IMG/VR virus record: IMGVR_UViG_3300017721_000436
Coordinates: 1 to 31,257 of that record
Length of the DNA: 31,257 bases
Origin: a virus
Lineage: Duplodnaviria > Caudoviricetes
Reading direction: 5' to 3' (one strand)
Below the pieces are notes generated by a model. The model did no database searches, was not told where the DNA came from, and saw only the letters and a list, made by a program, of their open reading frames with translations. Position 1 is the stretch's first letter, and each line of letters starts with the position of its first letter. The position numbers and the translations under genes are program-made. Of the stretch, positions 1 to 8,614 are shown one piece after another.

Positions 1-1041
1 ACTTATCCATTTTCAACAGATGGAACAAACTCTTTATATTCAGGATTTGTTCCAACTGGAACTTTAACAGGAGTTAACAACACTATATTAGGTATTGATG
101 CAGGTTCTTCAATTACGTCCAATGATAACAATACTCTTATAGGTTATGGTGCGGGTAGATTAGTTACAGCAAATCAAAACACCATAGTTGGATCTGAAGC
201 TGCGTTTAATGCAACTGGCTCAGGTTTTCGCGATAATGTTATAATTGGAGAAAGAGCTGCATATAGTAGCGCCTCAAACGGTGATAATGCAGTTGTTATT
301 GGCAAAGAAGCTTGTTATACTATAGCTAACGATGATATGGTTGCTATAGGCTCTAGAGCAGGTTACTCAGGAAATACTAATTTTACAGTTAGTATAGGTG
401 CGCAAGCTGGTTACAATGGTTTAGGTTCATTTTCAAGTGCTATTGGTTATCAAGCTGGCTATACTGGCGATGCGGGATATGGAAACTTTCTTGGTCATCA
501 GGCAGGGCGCAGCTCCACCGGGTTTAAAAACACGCTTATTGGCCATCAAGCTGGCTATTATGGTACAAACCCTTTAACTACTGGAAGTAACAATACTATT
601 CTAGGTGCTGAAGCAGCGGTTGCGGCTGGCTCTGCTGCAAATACGATTATAATTGGATATAGAGCCACGTCATACGCTAGTAACAGTATAACGCTTGGAA
701 ATAGTAGTATTACGAATTTTTATTGCGCTACACAAACAATAAGCTCTTTATCTGATTCAAGAGATAAAACAAATATACAAAAATCTTCTTATGGTTTAGA
801 TATAATTGAAAAACTAAACCCTGTTACGTTTGAATGGGATCAAAGAGATGGTGGCAAGAAAGGGTTAAAAGATTTAGGTTTTATTGCTCAAGAGCTACAA
901 GAGTCAGATGATGAATATTTAAAATTAGTAGATAGTAACGATCCTGAAAGATTACAGGCAAGTTACGGTAGATTAATACCTGTAATGGTTAAAGCTATAC
1001 AAGAATTACAAGAGGAAGTAAAAAATTTAAAAAATAAATAA
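1..1041 (+). CDS. Tail fibre/spike with YadA/Hep-Hag-like beta-roll repeats and C-terminal intramolecular chaperone (peptidase S74); 5'-truncated by the window
   Basis: Frame 1 is open from base 1, so the ATG at 337 is internal. Many NxxIGxxAG-type repeats (NNTILGIDAG, NNTLIGYGAG, KNTLIGHQAG). Autocleavage motif SDSRDKTNI at 751-777, then GFIAQEL and a terminal coiled coil (VKAIQELQEEVKNLK). Confidence 0.9.
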   Translation, partial: TYPFSTDGTNSLYSGFVPTGTLTGVNNTILGIDAGSSITSNDNNTLIGYGAGRLVTANQNTIVGSEAAFNATGSGFRDNVIIGERAAYSSASNGDNAVVIGKEACYTIANDDMVAIGSRAGYSGNTNFTVSIGAQAGYNGLGSFSSAIGYQAGYTGDAGYGNFLGHQAGRSSTGFKNTLIGHQAGYYGTNPLTTGSNNTILGAEAAVAAGSAANTIIIGYRATSYASNSITLGNSSITNFYCATQTISSLSDSRDKTNIQKSSYGLDIIEKLNPVTFEWDQRDGGKKGLKDLGFIAQELQESDDEYLKLVDSNDPERLQASYGRLIPVMVKAIQELQEEVKNLKNK

Positions 1042-1367
1042 TGGAAAGTTTTTGGAAAGTATCAAATATGAAACATATTGTTGACAACGGTTTTGTTAAC
1101 GTTATAAGTTTACTTTATACTGTTGAAAGTGAAATATGTAAAGATTTTGGCACTTATAGTCTTAACATACCTTACAACGGTATTGAGCCCGGCTTTATTC
1201 CTTATGAAGATTTAACTGAACAAGAGGTTATGGACTGGTGTTTTCAAAGTATGCAACCTGGCGAAAAAGAAACTATAGAAGCTGAAACATTAGAAGGATA
1301 TGAAAAGCTAAAAGAAATAACTGAAAATACATTAAACACAATAGGTGGAATTCCTTGGCAAAGTTAA
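1041..1367 (+). CDS. Conserved phage hypothetical protein, tail-fibre associated
   Basis: Overlaps the fibre stop (TAATG coupling). W-x-(V/I) start, FIPYEDLTEQEVMDW core and G-x-PW end resemble small proteins common next to marine phage fibre genes. Confidence 0.7.
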   Translation: MESFWKVSNMKHIVDNGFVNVISLLYTVESEICKDFGTYSLNIPYNGIEPGFIPYEDLTEQEVMDWCFQSMQPGEKETIEAETLEGYEKLKEITENTLNTIGGIPWQS

Positions 1368-1387
1368 AAGTAGATTAAAAAATTATA

Positions 1388-1400
1388 GTGTAACTATATT
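1388..1400 (+). promoter_or_regulatory. Candidate phage late-promoter motif GTRAYWATA (copy 1)
   Basis: GTGTAACTATA in an intergenic gap; similar words at 10993 and 16961. Confidence 0.4.
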
Positions 1401-1430
1401 ATTATAAATTAATTAATTAAATTAAATCAA

Positions 1431-1697
1431 ATGGCAAAAATTACTGAAGATCAATTAGAAAAAGTAAAAGACTTAAACTCTAAACTAAACGAAACTGTTA
1501 CTAGAATAGGTTTGTTAGAATCAAACAAGCATGCGCTTTTACACGAAATAGCTGGTGTTAATAAAGATTTAGAAGAGTTTAAATCAGAGTTAGAGAAAGA
1601 ATACGGAAGTATTAATATTGATATGACTACAGGCGAGTACACTGAGATCGAAAAAGAAGATGAAGGTGAATCAGCTGTAGTAAAAGCAGAAGACTAA
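1431..1697 (+). CDS. Small acidic coiled-coil hypothetical protein
   Basis: 88 aa with heptad pattern followed by YGSINIDMTTGEY; AT-rich leader upstream. Confidence 0.75.
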   Translation: MAKITEDQLEKVKDLNSKLNETVTRIGLLESNKHALLHEIAGVNKDLEEFKSELEKEYGSINIDMTTGEYTEIEKEDEGESAVVKAED

Positions 1698-1698
1698 A

Positions 1699-1926
1699 AT
1701 GGATTCTGTTATAAGAAAGATCAGTATTGGTTCTGATTATAAAAATGATGCAATGCATTATTCCGTAGGTCAACAAGTTTATGGTGGCCACGAGATAGCA
1801 TATATCGTATTTGAAAATACAGATCGTTCTTATAATATTCACATAAAGAAAAACAACGAGGTATTGCCATGGAAAAAATTTAATTCTAACATGGCAGTAT
1901 CTGTTGAGTATGATTTAGAATATTAA
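1699..1926 (+). CDS. Conserved phage hypothetical protein
   Basis: 75 aa, predicted all-beta (IRKISIG..YKNDAMHYSVGQ); coupled to the next gene by TAATG. Confidence 0.75.
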   Translation: MDSVIRKISIGSDYKNDAMHYSVGQQVYGGHEIAYIVFENTDRSYNIHIKKNNEVLPWKKFNSNMAVSVEYDLEY

Positions 1927-2531
1927 TGAAAAGCGTATATGATTTTATCATAAAGCCTGTAGGTAAAGTTTATGATAATTCTATAGACGTAAATGGTAAA
2001 GAGCTTTTATTAAACACAAGCATAGATAAACATAAGTTTGTAAATAATAAAGCTATTGTAGTTTCTACACCACTTGCGTTTGAAACACCTATAGAAGAAG
2101 GAGATGAAATTATAGTTCATCATAATATCTTTAGAAGATATTACAACATGAAAGGTAAAGAAGTTAATAGTAGTAAGTTTTTTAAAAACGATCTTTACTT
2201 TTGTCAAATAGATCAAATATATTTATATAAAAAAATATACAAGTGGCACGCGTTTGCTGATAGATGCTTTGCTATACCACTTAAAAATAATAATGATCTA
2301 GAGCTCGATAAAGAGCAAAAGCTTATTGGTGTATTAAAATACGGTAATAAGTCCTTAGAAGCTAAAGGAATAAACGAGGGAGATACTATAGGGTTTACAC
2401 CTAACAGTGAGTTTGAGTTTATCGTGAATAATCAGCGGCTTTATTGTATGAAATCAAATGATATTGTAATTAAGTATGAGCACCAAGAAAACCAAGTTGA
2501 ATATAATCCAAGCTGGGCAAAAAGCAGTTGA
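1926..2531 (+). CDS. GroES/Cpn10-like co-chaperonin with two tandem GroES-like domains
   Basis: Repeat 1: FIIKP...KAIVVSTP...IEEGDEIIVHH. Repeat 2: DRCFAIP...GVLKYG...INEGDTIGF...EFIVNNQRLYCMKSNDIV, which parallels the GroES C-terminal pattern VKVGDxVxF...EVKIDGEEYLIxRESDIL. Confidence 0.65.
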   Translation: MKSVYDFIIKPVGKVYDNSIDVNGKELLLNTSIDKHKFVNNKAIVVSTPLAFETPIEEGDEIIVHHNIFRRYYNMKGKEVNSSKFFKNDLYFCQIDQIYLYKKIYKWHAFADRCFAIPLKNNNDLELDKEQKLIGVLKYGNKSLEAKGINEGDTIGFTPNSEFEFIVNNQRLYCMKSNDIVIKYEHQENQVEYNPSWAKSS

Positions 2532-2748
2532 GGAATTAATTAAGGTAGCTAAAGAACCTATTGTAGATTCAGATGATGACATCTCGGCTGATCGTTTAAA
2601 GAACGCGGCTGCAACAAAAAAGTTAGCTATATTCGATGCGTTCGAAATACTTAACCGTATTGAAGAAGAAAAAAATATGCTTGAAGATAAATCAGGTAAT
2701 AGCAAACAAAAATCTTTTCAAGGTTTTGCAGAAGGTAGATCTAAGTAA
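2476..2748 (+). CDS. Putative terminase small subunit / helical hypothetical protein
   Basis: 90-aa helical protein directly upstream of, and TAATG-coupled to, the large terminase. The functional call is positional. Confidence 0.5.
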   Translation: MSTKKTKLNIIQAGQKAVEELIKVAKEPIVDSDDDISADRLKNAAATKKLAIFDAFEILNRIEEEKNMLEDKSGNSKQKSFQGFAEGRSK

Positions 2749-4958
2749 TGTATAAGCAAAATTTACTTACTGTACTTACAGATCACATAAAACCTCATGT
2801 GCTTAAAAGAAATAACAAAAGCAAAAAATGGGAGTACGGTTATAACAAAGAACACGATATAATTGTTATAAGTAAAACCGGTCAAATAGGTGATGTATAT
2901 GAAATACAAAATCTTAAAATAGCTTTACCACCTTTTAAAGGTAAACTAAATAAGGATAAAGACAAGTGGTCTAGAGAAGAATATCCTAAAGAATTAAATA
3001 AAATAAAAAGTGTATTTGAGTGGAATAAATACCCAGAGCACTTTAAAGAAAGATGGTATGAATATATTGATGAAGAGTTCAAGCGTCGTGACGAAGGCTA
3101 TTGGTTCAATAACAAAGGTGTTGCTACTTATCTTACTGGCACTCACTACATGTACTTGCAGTGGAGTAAGATTGATGTTGGGGCAGCAGACTTTAGGGAG
3201 TCAAACAGATTATTCTTTATATTCTGGGAGGCTTGCAAAGCAGACCAAAGATGTTACGGTATGTGCTACCTCAAAAATAGACGTTCTGGTTTTTCATTCA
3301 TGGCATCGGGTGAAACAGTCAACCTCGCGACGATATCAAGCGATGCAAGATTTGGCATATTATCAAAGTCAGGGGCTGATGCTAAAAAAATGTTCACCGA
3401 CAAAGTCGTACCAATCTCTATCAACTACCCGTTCTTCTTTCGACCCATACAAGACGGTATGGACCGACCAAAAACGGAACTTGCTTATAGAGTCCCCGCG
3501 TCGAAGCTTACCAGACGTAAGCTTGATCAAGGTGAAACCCCAGAAGAAGTTGTAGGGCTTGATACAACTATTGACTGGAAAAATACAGGTGATAACAGTT
3601 ATGACGGTGAAAAACTAAAACTGTTAGTACACGATGAATCAGGTAAATGGGAAAGACCTGATAACATATTAAACAACTGGAGAGTTACAAAAACTACCCT
3701 TAGATTAGGTAGTAGAGTTGTAGGTAAATGTATGATGGGTTCAACATCAAACGCTTTAGATAAAGGCGGTGAGAATTTTAAAAAATTATACTATGCATCA
3801 GATGTTACACAGAGAAACCGCAATGGACAGACTAGCTCAGGATTATATTCTTTGTTTATACCTATGGAGTGGAACTACGAAGGATTCATTGATACTTATG
3901 GACACCCTGTCTTTGATACGCCAGCAAAACCAGTTGAAGGATCCGACGGGCTTAAAATTGAAGTAGGCGTTATAAACCACTGGGAAAATGAAGTTGAAGG
4001 TTTAAAAGGTGATCAAGATAGTTTAAATGAGTATTACCGCCAGTTTCCACGCACAGAGCAACATGCTTTTAGAGATGAAACAAAAGAATCTTTATTTAAT
4101 CTAACTAAAATATATGAGCAGATAGATTATAATGAAGATATAAAAACTGGAGGACTTATAACTAAAGGTTCTTTTCAATGGGCTAAAGGTCATAAAGATA
4201 CACTTGTAGAATTTGTACCACATAAAGATGGTAGATTTTTAATTTCATGGGTACCACCTGTTAATTTACAAAACCGTTTGATAATTAAAAATGGAATTAA
4301 ATATCCTGGTAATGAACATTGCGGTGCTTTTGGTTGTGACTCTTATGATATATCAGGAACAGTAGATAATAGAGGTTCTAAAGGTGCATTGCATGGTCTT
4401 ACTAAATTTAGTATGGAAGATGTGCCACCTAATAAATTTTTTTTAGAATACGTAGCACGTCCACAAACAGCTGAAATATTTTTTGAAGAAGTACTTATGG
4501 CTTGTGTTTTTTATGGAATGCCTATACTTTGTGAAAACAATAAACCAAGATTACTATACCATTTTAAACGTAGAGGTTATAGAGGATTTAGTATGAATCG
4601 CCCAGATAAAACATACAATAAATTATCTATAACTGAAAAAGAAATTGGAGGTATACCAAATTCCTCTGAAGATATTAAGCAAGCGCATGCTGCTGCTATT
4701 GAATCTTATATAGAAGATTTTATCGGATTAAAAGAAACTACATATGGTGATATGTATTTTCAGCGCACATTAGAAGACTGGGCAAAATTTAATATAAACA
4801 ATAGAACTAAGTTCGATGCAACTATTAGTTCTGGCCTGGCACTTATGGCTTGTAATAAAAATAGATACACACCAGTTTTCAAAGTTAAAAAAAATGTTGT
4901 ACCTTTAGGTTTCAAGAAATATGATAATAAAGGTGGTATTTCAAAAATAATAAAATAG
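2748..4958 (+). CDS. terL: Terminase large subunit
   Basis: Walker A-like LKNRRSGFS (~3270-3296), Walker B LLVHDESGK (~3621-3647), motif III MGSTSN, and RNase H-like nuclease motifs GCDSYD and FDATISSGLA. Lies upstream of the portal. Confidence 0.92.
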   Translation: MYKQNLLTVLTDHIKPHVLKRNNKSKKWEYGYNKEHDIIVISKTGQIGDVYEIQNLKIALPPFKGKLNKDKDKWSREEYPKELNKIKSVFEWNKYPEHFKERWYEYIDEEFKRRDEGYWFNNKGVATYLTGTHYMYLQWSKIDVGAADFRESNRLFFIFWEACKADQRCYGMCYLKNRRSGFSFMASGETVNLATISSDARFGILSKSGADAKKMFTDKVVPISINYPFFFRPIQDGMDRPKTELAYRVPASKLTRRKLDQGETPEEVVGLDTTIDWKNTGDNSYDGEKLKLLVHDESGKWERPDNILNNWRVTKTTLRLGSRVVGKCMMGSTSNALDKGGENFKKLYYASDVTQRNRNGQTSSGLYSLFIPMEWNYEGFIDTYGHPVFDTPAKPVEGSDGLKIEVGVINHWENEVEGLKGDQDSLNEYYRQFPRTEQHAFRDETKESLFNLTKIYEQIDYNEDIKTGGLITKGSFQWAKGHKDTLVEFVPHKDGRFLISWVPPVNLQNRLIIKNGIKYPGNEHCGAFGCDSYDISGTVDNRGSKGALHGLTKFSMEDVPPNKFFLEYVARPQTAEIFFEEVLMACVFYGMPILCENNKPRLLYHFKRRGYRGFSMNRPDKTYNKLSITEKEIGGIPNSSEDIKQAHAAAIESYIEDFIGLKETTYGDMYFQRTLEDWAKFNINNRTKFDATISSGLALMACNKNRYTPVFKVKKNVVPLGFKKYDNKGGISKIIK

Positions 4959-7376
4959 ATGATTTATACTAACGTTAATAGTTCTTTCCCAAGTCAGGTA
5001 GTACCAGATGCAGAGAAAAGTACTTTAGAATATGGCTTAGCTGTAGGAAGAGCTGTAGAAAACGAGTGGTTCAGAGGCGATAGAGGTCTTGGAGATGGCG
5101 GAAGGTTTGGAAATAACTGGAGGTATTTTAATAATCTTAAGCTTTATGCGCGTGGCGAACAAAGTGTACAAAAATATAAAGATGAATTATCTATAAACGG
5201 TGATTTATCTTATCTTAATTTAGACTGGAAACCAGTAGCTGTTTTATCTAAATTTGTAGATATTGTAGTTAATGGTATGACAGATAAAGGTTATGAAATA
5301 AAATCTTTTGCTTCAGATCCTTATGCTATAAAACAAAGAACTGATTTTGCTTTTAATGCTTTGCGTGATATTGAAAATAAAGAAATGATAGAGCAGTTAA
5401 ATGCTGCTACTGGTCAAAACTTTTACGCTTCACCAGATGCTCAAGAATTACCATCAAACAAAGAAGAGTTAGATTTATATCTTCAATTAAACTATAAACA
5501 AAGCATTGAAATAGCTGAAGAAGAAGTTATAAGTAATGTAATGAATTATAACAAGTACGATGAAATTAAAAAGCGTTTGGCTTATGATTTAACAGTGCTA
5601 GGTATATCAGCTGTAAAAACTAATTTTAATTTAGCTAATGGTGTTACAATAGATTATGTAGATCCTGCTAATTTAGTTTATTCATATACTGAAGATCCTA
5701 ATTTTGAAGACATATATTATGTTGGTGAAGTAAAAAGTGTTAGCCTTGAAGAAATTAAAAAACAATTTCCTTATTTAACACAAGACGAGTTAGAAGAAAT
5801 ACAAAAATATCCTGGAGATATAAGTTATACAAGAAATTATTATAATCAAAACGACGATAATAATACAATACAAGTTTTATATTTTGAATATAAGACTTAT
5901 CAAAATCAAGTATTTAAAATAAAACAAACAGATCAAGGTCTTGAAAAAGCTCTTGAAAAAGATGATACATTTGATCCTCCTGAAACTGATAATTTTAGCA
6001 AAGTACATAGAGCTATAGAAGTTTTATATAGCGGGGCTAAAATACTTGGGCATAAAAAAATGCTTAAATGGGAGCTAGCTAAAAATATGACTAGGCCTTT
6101 TAGCGATCAAACTAAAGTGGAAATGAATTACAGTATTTCTGCGCCTAGAATGTATAAAGGACGTATAGAATCTGTTGTAAGTAAATGTATTGGTTTTGCT
6201 GATATGATACAGCTTACGCATTTAAAATTACAGCAAGTACTATCACGTATGGTACCCGACGGTGTTTATGTCGACGTAGACGGATTAGCTGAAGTTGATC
6301 TTGGTAATGGTACAAACTATAATCCTCAAGAAGCTTTAAACATGTACTTCCAAACTGGTAGTATAGTTGGTAGAAGCTTAACACAGGATGGTGATCCTAA
6401 CAGAGGTAAAGTACCAATACAAGAATTACAAACATCAGCTGGTATGGCGAAGATACAAGCTTTAATACAAACGTATCAATATTATCTTCAAATGATACGC
6501 GATGTAACAGGTCTTAACGAAGCTAGAGATGGTAGTCAACCTAATAAAGATTCATTAGTAGGTTTACAAAAACTAGCTGCAGCGGCTTCTAACACGGCTA
6601 CGAAACACATATTGCAATCACTTATGTATTTAACAATAAGAACGGCTGAAAATATCAGTCTTCGCGTTGCTGATATGCTAGAGTTTCCATTGTTAAGACA
6701 AGCTTTAATGAGCTCTATAAATCAATTCAATGTATCTACATTATCTGAAATAGATAAATTAAATATGCATGAATTTGGTATATTCTTAGAATTAGAACCA
6801 GATGAAGAAGAAAAAGCAGGTTTAGAGCGCAACATACAGATAGCTTTGCAAGCTGGGCAGATTGGTTTAGAAGACGCTATAGATATAAGGGAAATTAAAA
6901 ATTTAAAACTAGCTAATCAGTTTTTAAAACATAGACAAAAAGTAAAAGCAGAAGAAACTCAACAAGCTCAACTAGCTAATATACAAGCTCAGGCAAATGC
7001 TAATGCTGAGTCTGCTGAGCGAGCAGCGATGGCTGAAACTCAAAAGCAACAAGTTATTAATGAACAGAAGGTTAAATTAGAACAAGCTAAATCTCAGTTT
7101 GAAATACAACGTATGCAAACAGAGGCACAAATTAAACGTGGTTTAATGAGTGAAGAATTTAACTTTAACATGCAGTTAGCAAAAGCTAGGGCTAGTGTAG
7201 AAAAAAGTAAAGAACAAGATATAGAAGATCGTAAAGACGAGCGTGCTAGAATTATAGGCACGCAACAATCAGAGATGATTTCACAACGTCAAAACGATGA
7301 ACTACCTAAAAACTTTGAGTCATCTGGATTTGACTCACTAGGAGGATTTGGACTAGAACAGTTTGAGCCTCGTTGA
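4959..7376 (+). CDS. Portal protein
   Basis: 805 aa, immediately after terL. LDWKPVAVLSKFVDIVVNG and IRDVTGLNEARDG motifs, plus a long Gln/Ala/Glu coiled-coil C-terminus like P22/crAss-type portals. Confidence 0.85.
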   Translation: MIYTNVNSSFPSQVVPDAEKSTLEYGLAVGRAVENEWFRGDRGLGDGGRFGNNWRYFNNLKLYARGEQSVQKYKDELSINGDLSYLNLDWKPVAVLSKFVDIVVNGMTDKGYEIKSFASDPYAIKQRTDFAFNALRDIENKEMIEQLNAATGQNFYASPDAQELPSNKEELDLYLQLNYKQSIEIAEEEVISNVMNYNKYDEIKKRLAYDLTVLGISAVKTNFNLANGVTIDYVDPANLVYSYTEDPNFEDIYYVGEVKSVSLEEIKKQFPYLTQDELEEIQKYPGDISYTRNYYNQNDDNNTIQVLYFEYKTYQNQVFKIKQTDQGLEKALEKDDTFDPPETDNFSKVHRAIEVLYSGAKILGHKKMLKWELAKNMTRPFSDQTKVEMNYSISAPRMYKGRIESVVSKCIGFADMIQLTHLKLQQVLSRMVPDGVYVDVDGLAEVDLGNGTNYNPQEALNMYFQTGSIVGRSLTQDGDPNRGKVPIQELQTSAGMAKIQALIQTYQYYLQMIRDVTGLNEARDGSQPNKDSLVGLQKLAAAASNTATKHILQSLMYLTIRTAENISLRVADMLEFPLLRQALMSSINQFNVSTLSEIDKLNMHEFGIFLELEPDEEEKAGLERNIQIALQAGQIGLEDAIDIREIKNLKLANQFLKHRQKVKAEETQQAQLANIQAQANANAESAERAAMAETQKQQVINEQKVKLEQAKSQFEIQRMQTEAQIKRGLMSEEFNFNMQLAKARASVEKSKEQDIEDRKDERARIIGTQQSEMISQRQNDELPKNFESSGFDSLGGFGLEQFEPR

Positions 7377-7409
7377 AAATAAAATCCTTTAATTTTATAT
7401 TATTATATT

Positions 7410-8600
7410 ATGTCAGAAGAAATAAAACAAGAAGGAGAGTTTAAAATAAAAACTCCTTCTAAGCCTAAAAATTTAGGTGATAATACAGGTGAACCTATTA
7501 AAGTAAATATGAAAGAACCTTTAATAGATATTGAGCCAGATGTTAAAAAAGTAGTAATAAAAAAAGAAGATACTGATGCCGTTCAAACACAAGAGACAAA
7601 TGATAGCGATGCTATTGTCGAAGAGTCCAAAGACAGTGGCAACAGCGAAGAAGTGGTTGAAGAAGTACGGACTTCCGACGAAGAAGTAGAATCTCCTTTA
7701 ACTGTTATTGAAGACACTGCTGAAGAAGAAAAAGAACCTGAAGCAAATACAGAAGTAGAGCAAGCTGTGCAAGAGCAAAAAGTTCTACCTGAAAATATTG
7801 AAAAGCTAGTTTCTTTTATGGAAGAGACTGGTGGAACTGTAGAAGACTATGTTAGACTTAATGCAGATTATACCAATGTTGACAACCAAACTTTAATACG
7901 TGAGTATTACAAACAAACTAAACCACATTTAGATTCTGAAGACATAAGTCTTCTGTTAGAAGATTTTAATTATGATGAAGATATCGACGAACCAAAAGAC
8001 ATACGCAAAAGAAAAATTGCGTTTAAAGAGGAGGTTGCCAAGGCTAAGAGCTTTCTTGAACAGCTTAAGGGGAAATACTACGACGAGATCAAGTTGAGAC
8101 CGGGCGTAACCCAAGAGCAAAAGAAAGCGACAGAGTTTTTCAACCGATACAACGAAGAGCAGCAAGCTATAAAACAAAAGCATGTTGATTTTATTGACCG
8201 CACTAAAAAATTATTAAATAATGATTTCGAAGGTTTCGATTTTAAAGTTAGTGATAAGAAATTTAGATACGGTATTAAAAATCCAACACAGGTAGCTGAA
8301 AATCAATCTGATATTACAAACTTCATTAAGACGTTCTTAAATGACAAAGGTGAAATAACAGACACTAAAGGTTACCACAAAGCTTTATACGCTGCGCGGA
8401 ATGCTGATACTATAGCACAACATTTTTATGAGCAAGGCAAGGCTGATGCTGTTAAAGATGTTATGGCTAAATCTAAAAATATAAGTAATGAACCAAGACA
8501 AACTGTTTCTGGTGATGTTTATATAGGTGGATTAAAAGTAAAAGCAATAAGCGGTGCTGATTCTTCAAAATTAAAAATCAAAACAAAAAAATTTAACTAA
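7410..8600 (+). CDS. Acidic scaffolding-like / capsid assembly protein
   Basis: Very Glu/Asp-rich disordered N-half and helical C-half; sits between portal and capsid genes. Confidence 0.6.
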   Translation: MSEEIKQEGEFKIKTPSKPKNLGDNTGEPIKVNMKEPLIDIEPDVKKVVIKKEDTDAVQTQETNDSDAIVEESKDSGNSEEVVEEVRTSDEEVESPLTVIEDTAEEEKEPEANTEVEQAVQEQKVLPENIEKLVSFMEETGGTVEDYVRLNADYTNVDNQTLIREYYKQTKPHLDSEDISLLLEDFNYDEDIDEPKDIRKRKIAFKEEVAKAKSFLEQLKGKYYDEIKLRPGVTQEQKKATEFFNRYNEEQQAIKQKHVDFIDRTKKLLNNDFEGFDFKVSDKKFRYGIKNPTQVAENQSDITNFIKTFLNDKGEITDTKGYHKALYAARNADTIAQHFYEQGKADAVKDVMAKSKNISNEPRQTVSGDVYIGGLKVKAISGADSSKLKIKTKKFN

Positions 8601-8614
8601 CTAAATAATAAATT

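Noticed and set aside
3010-3966. Alternative-frame ORFs inside terL (3010..3555, 3769..3966)
   Set aside because: No recognisable motifs; they overlap the conserved ATPase domain in a locally GC-richer stretch where stops are rarer.
4953-4964. Stop-codon reassignment or terL-portal readthrough (TAG directly followed by in-frame ATG)
   Set aside because: All long genes are intact in the standard code, TAG and TGA both end genes at sensible places, and no suppressor tRNA is visible. Recoding known in some crAss-like phages is not supported here.
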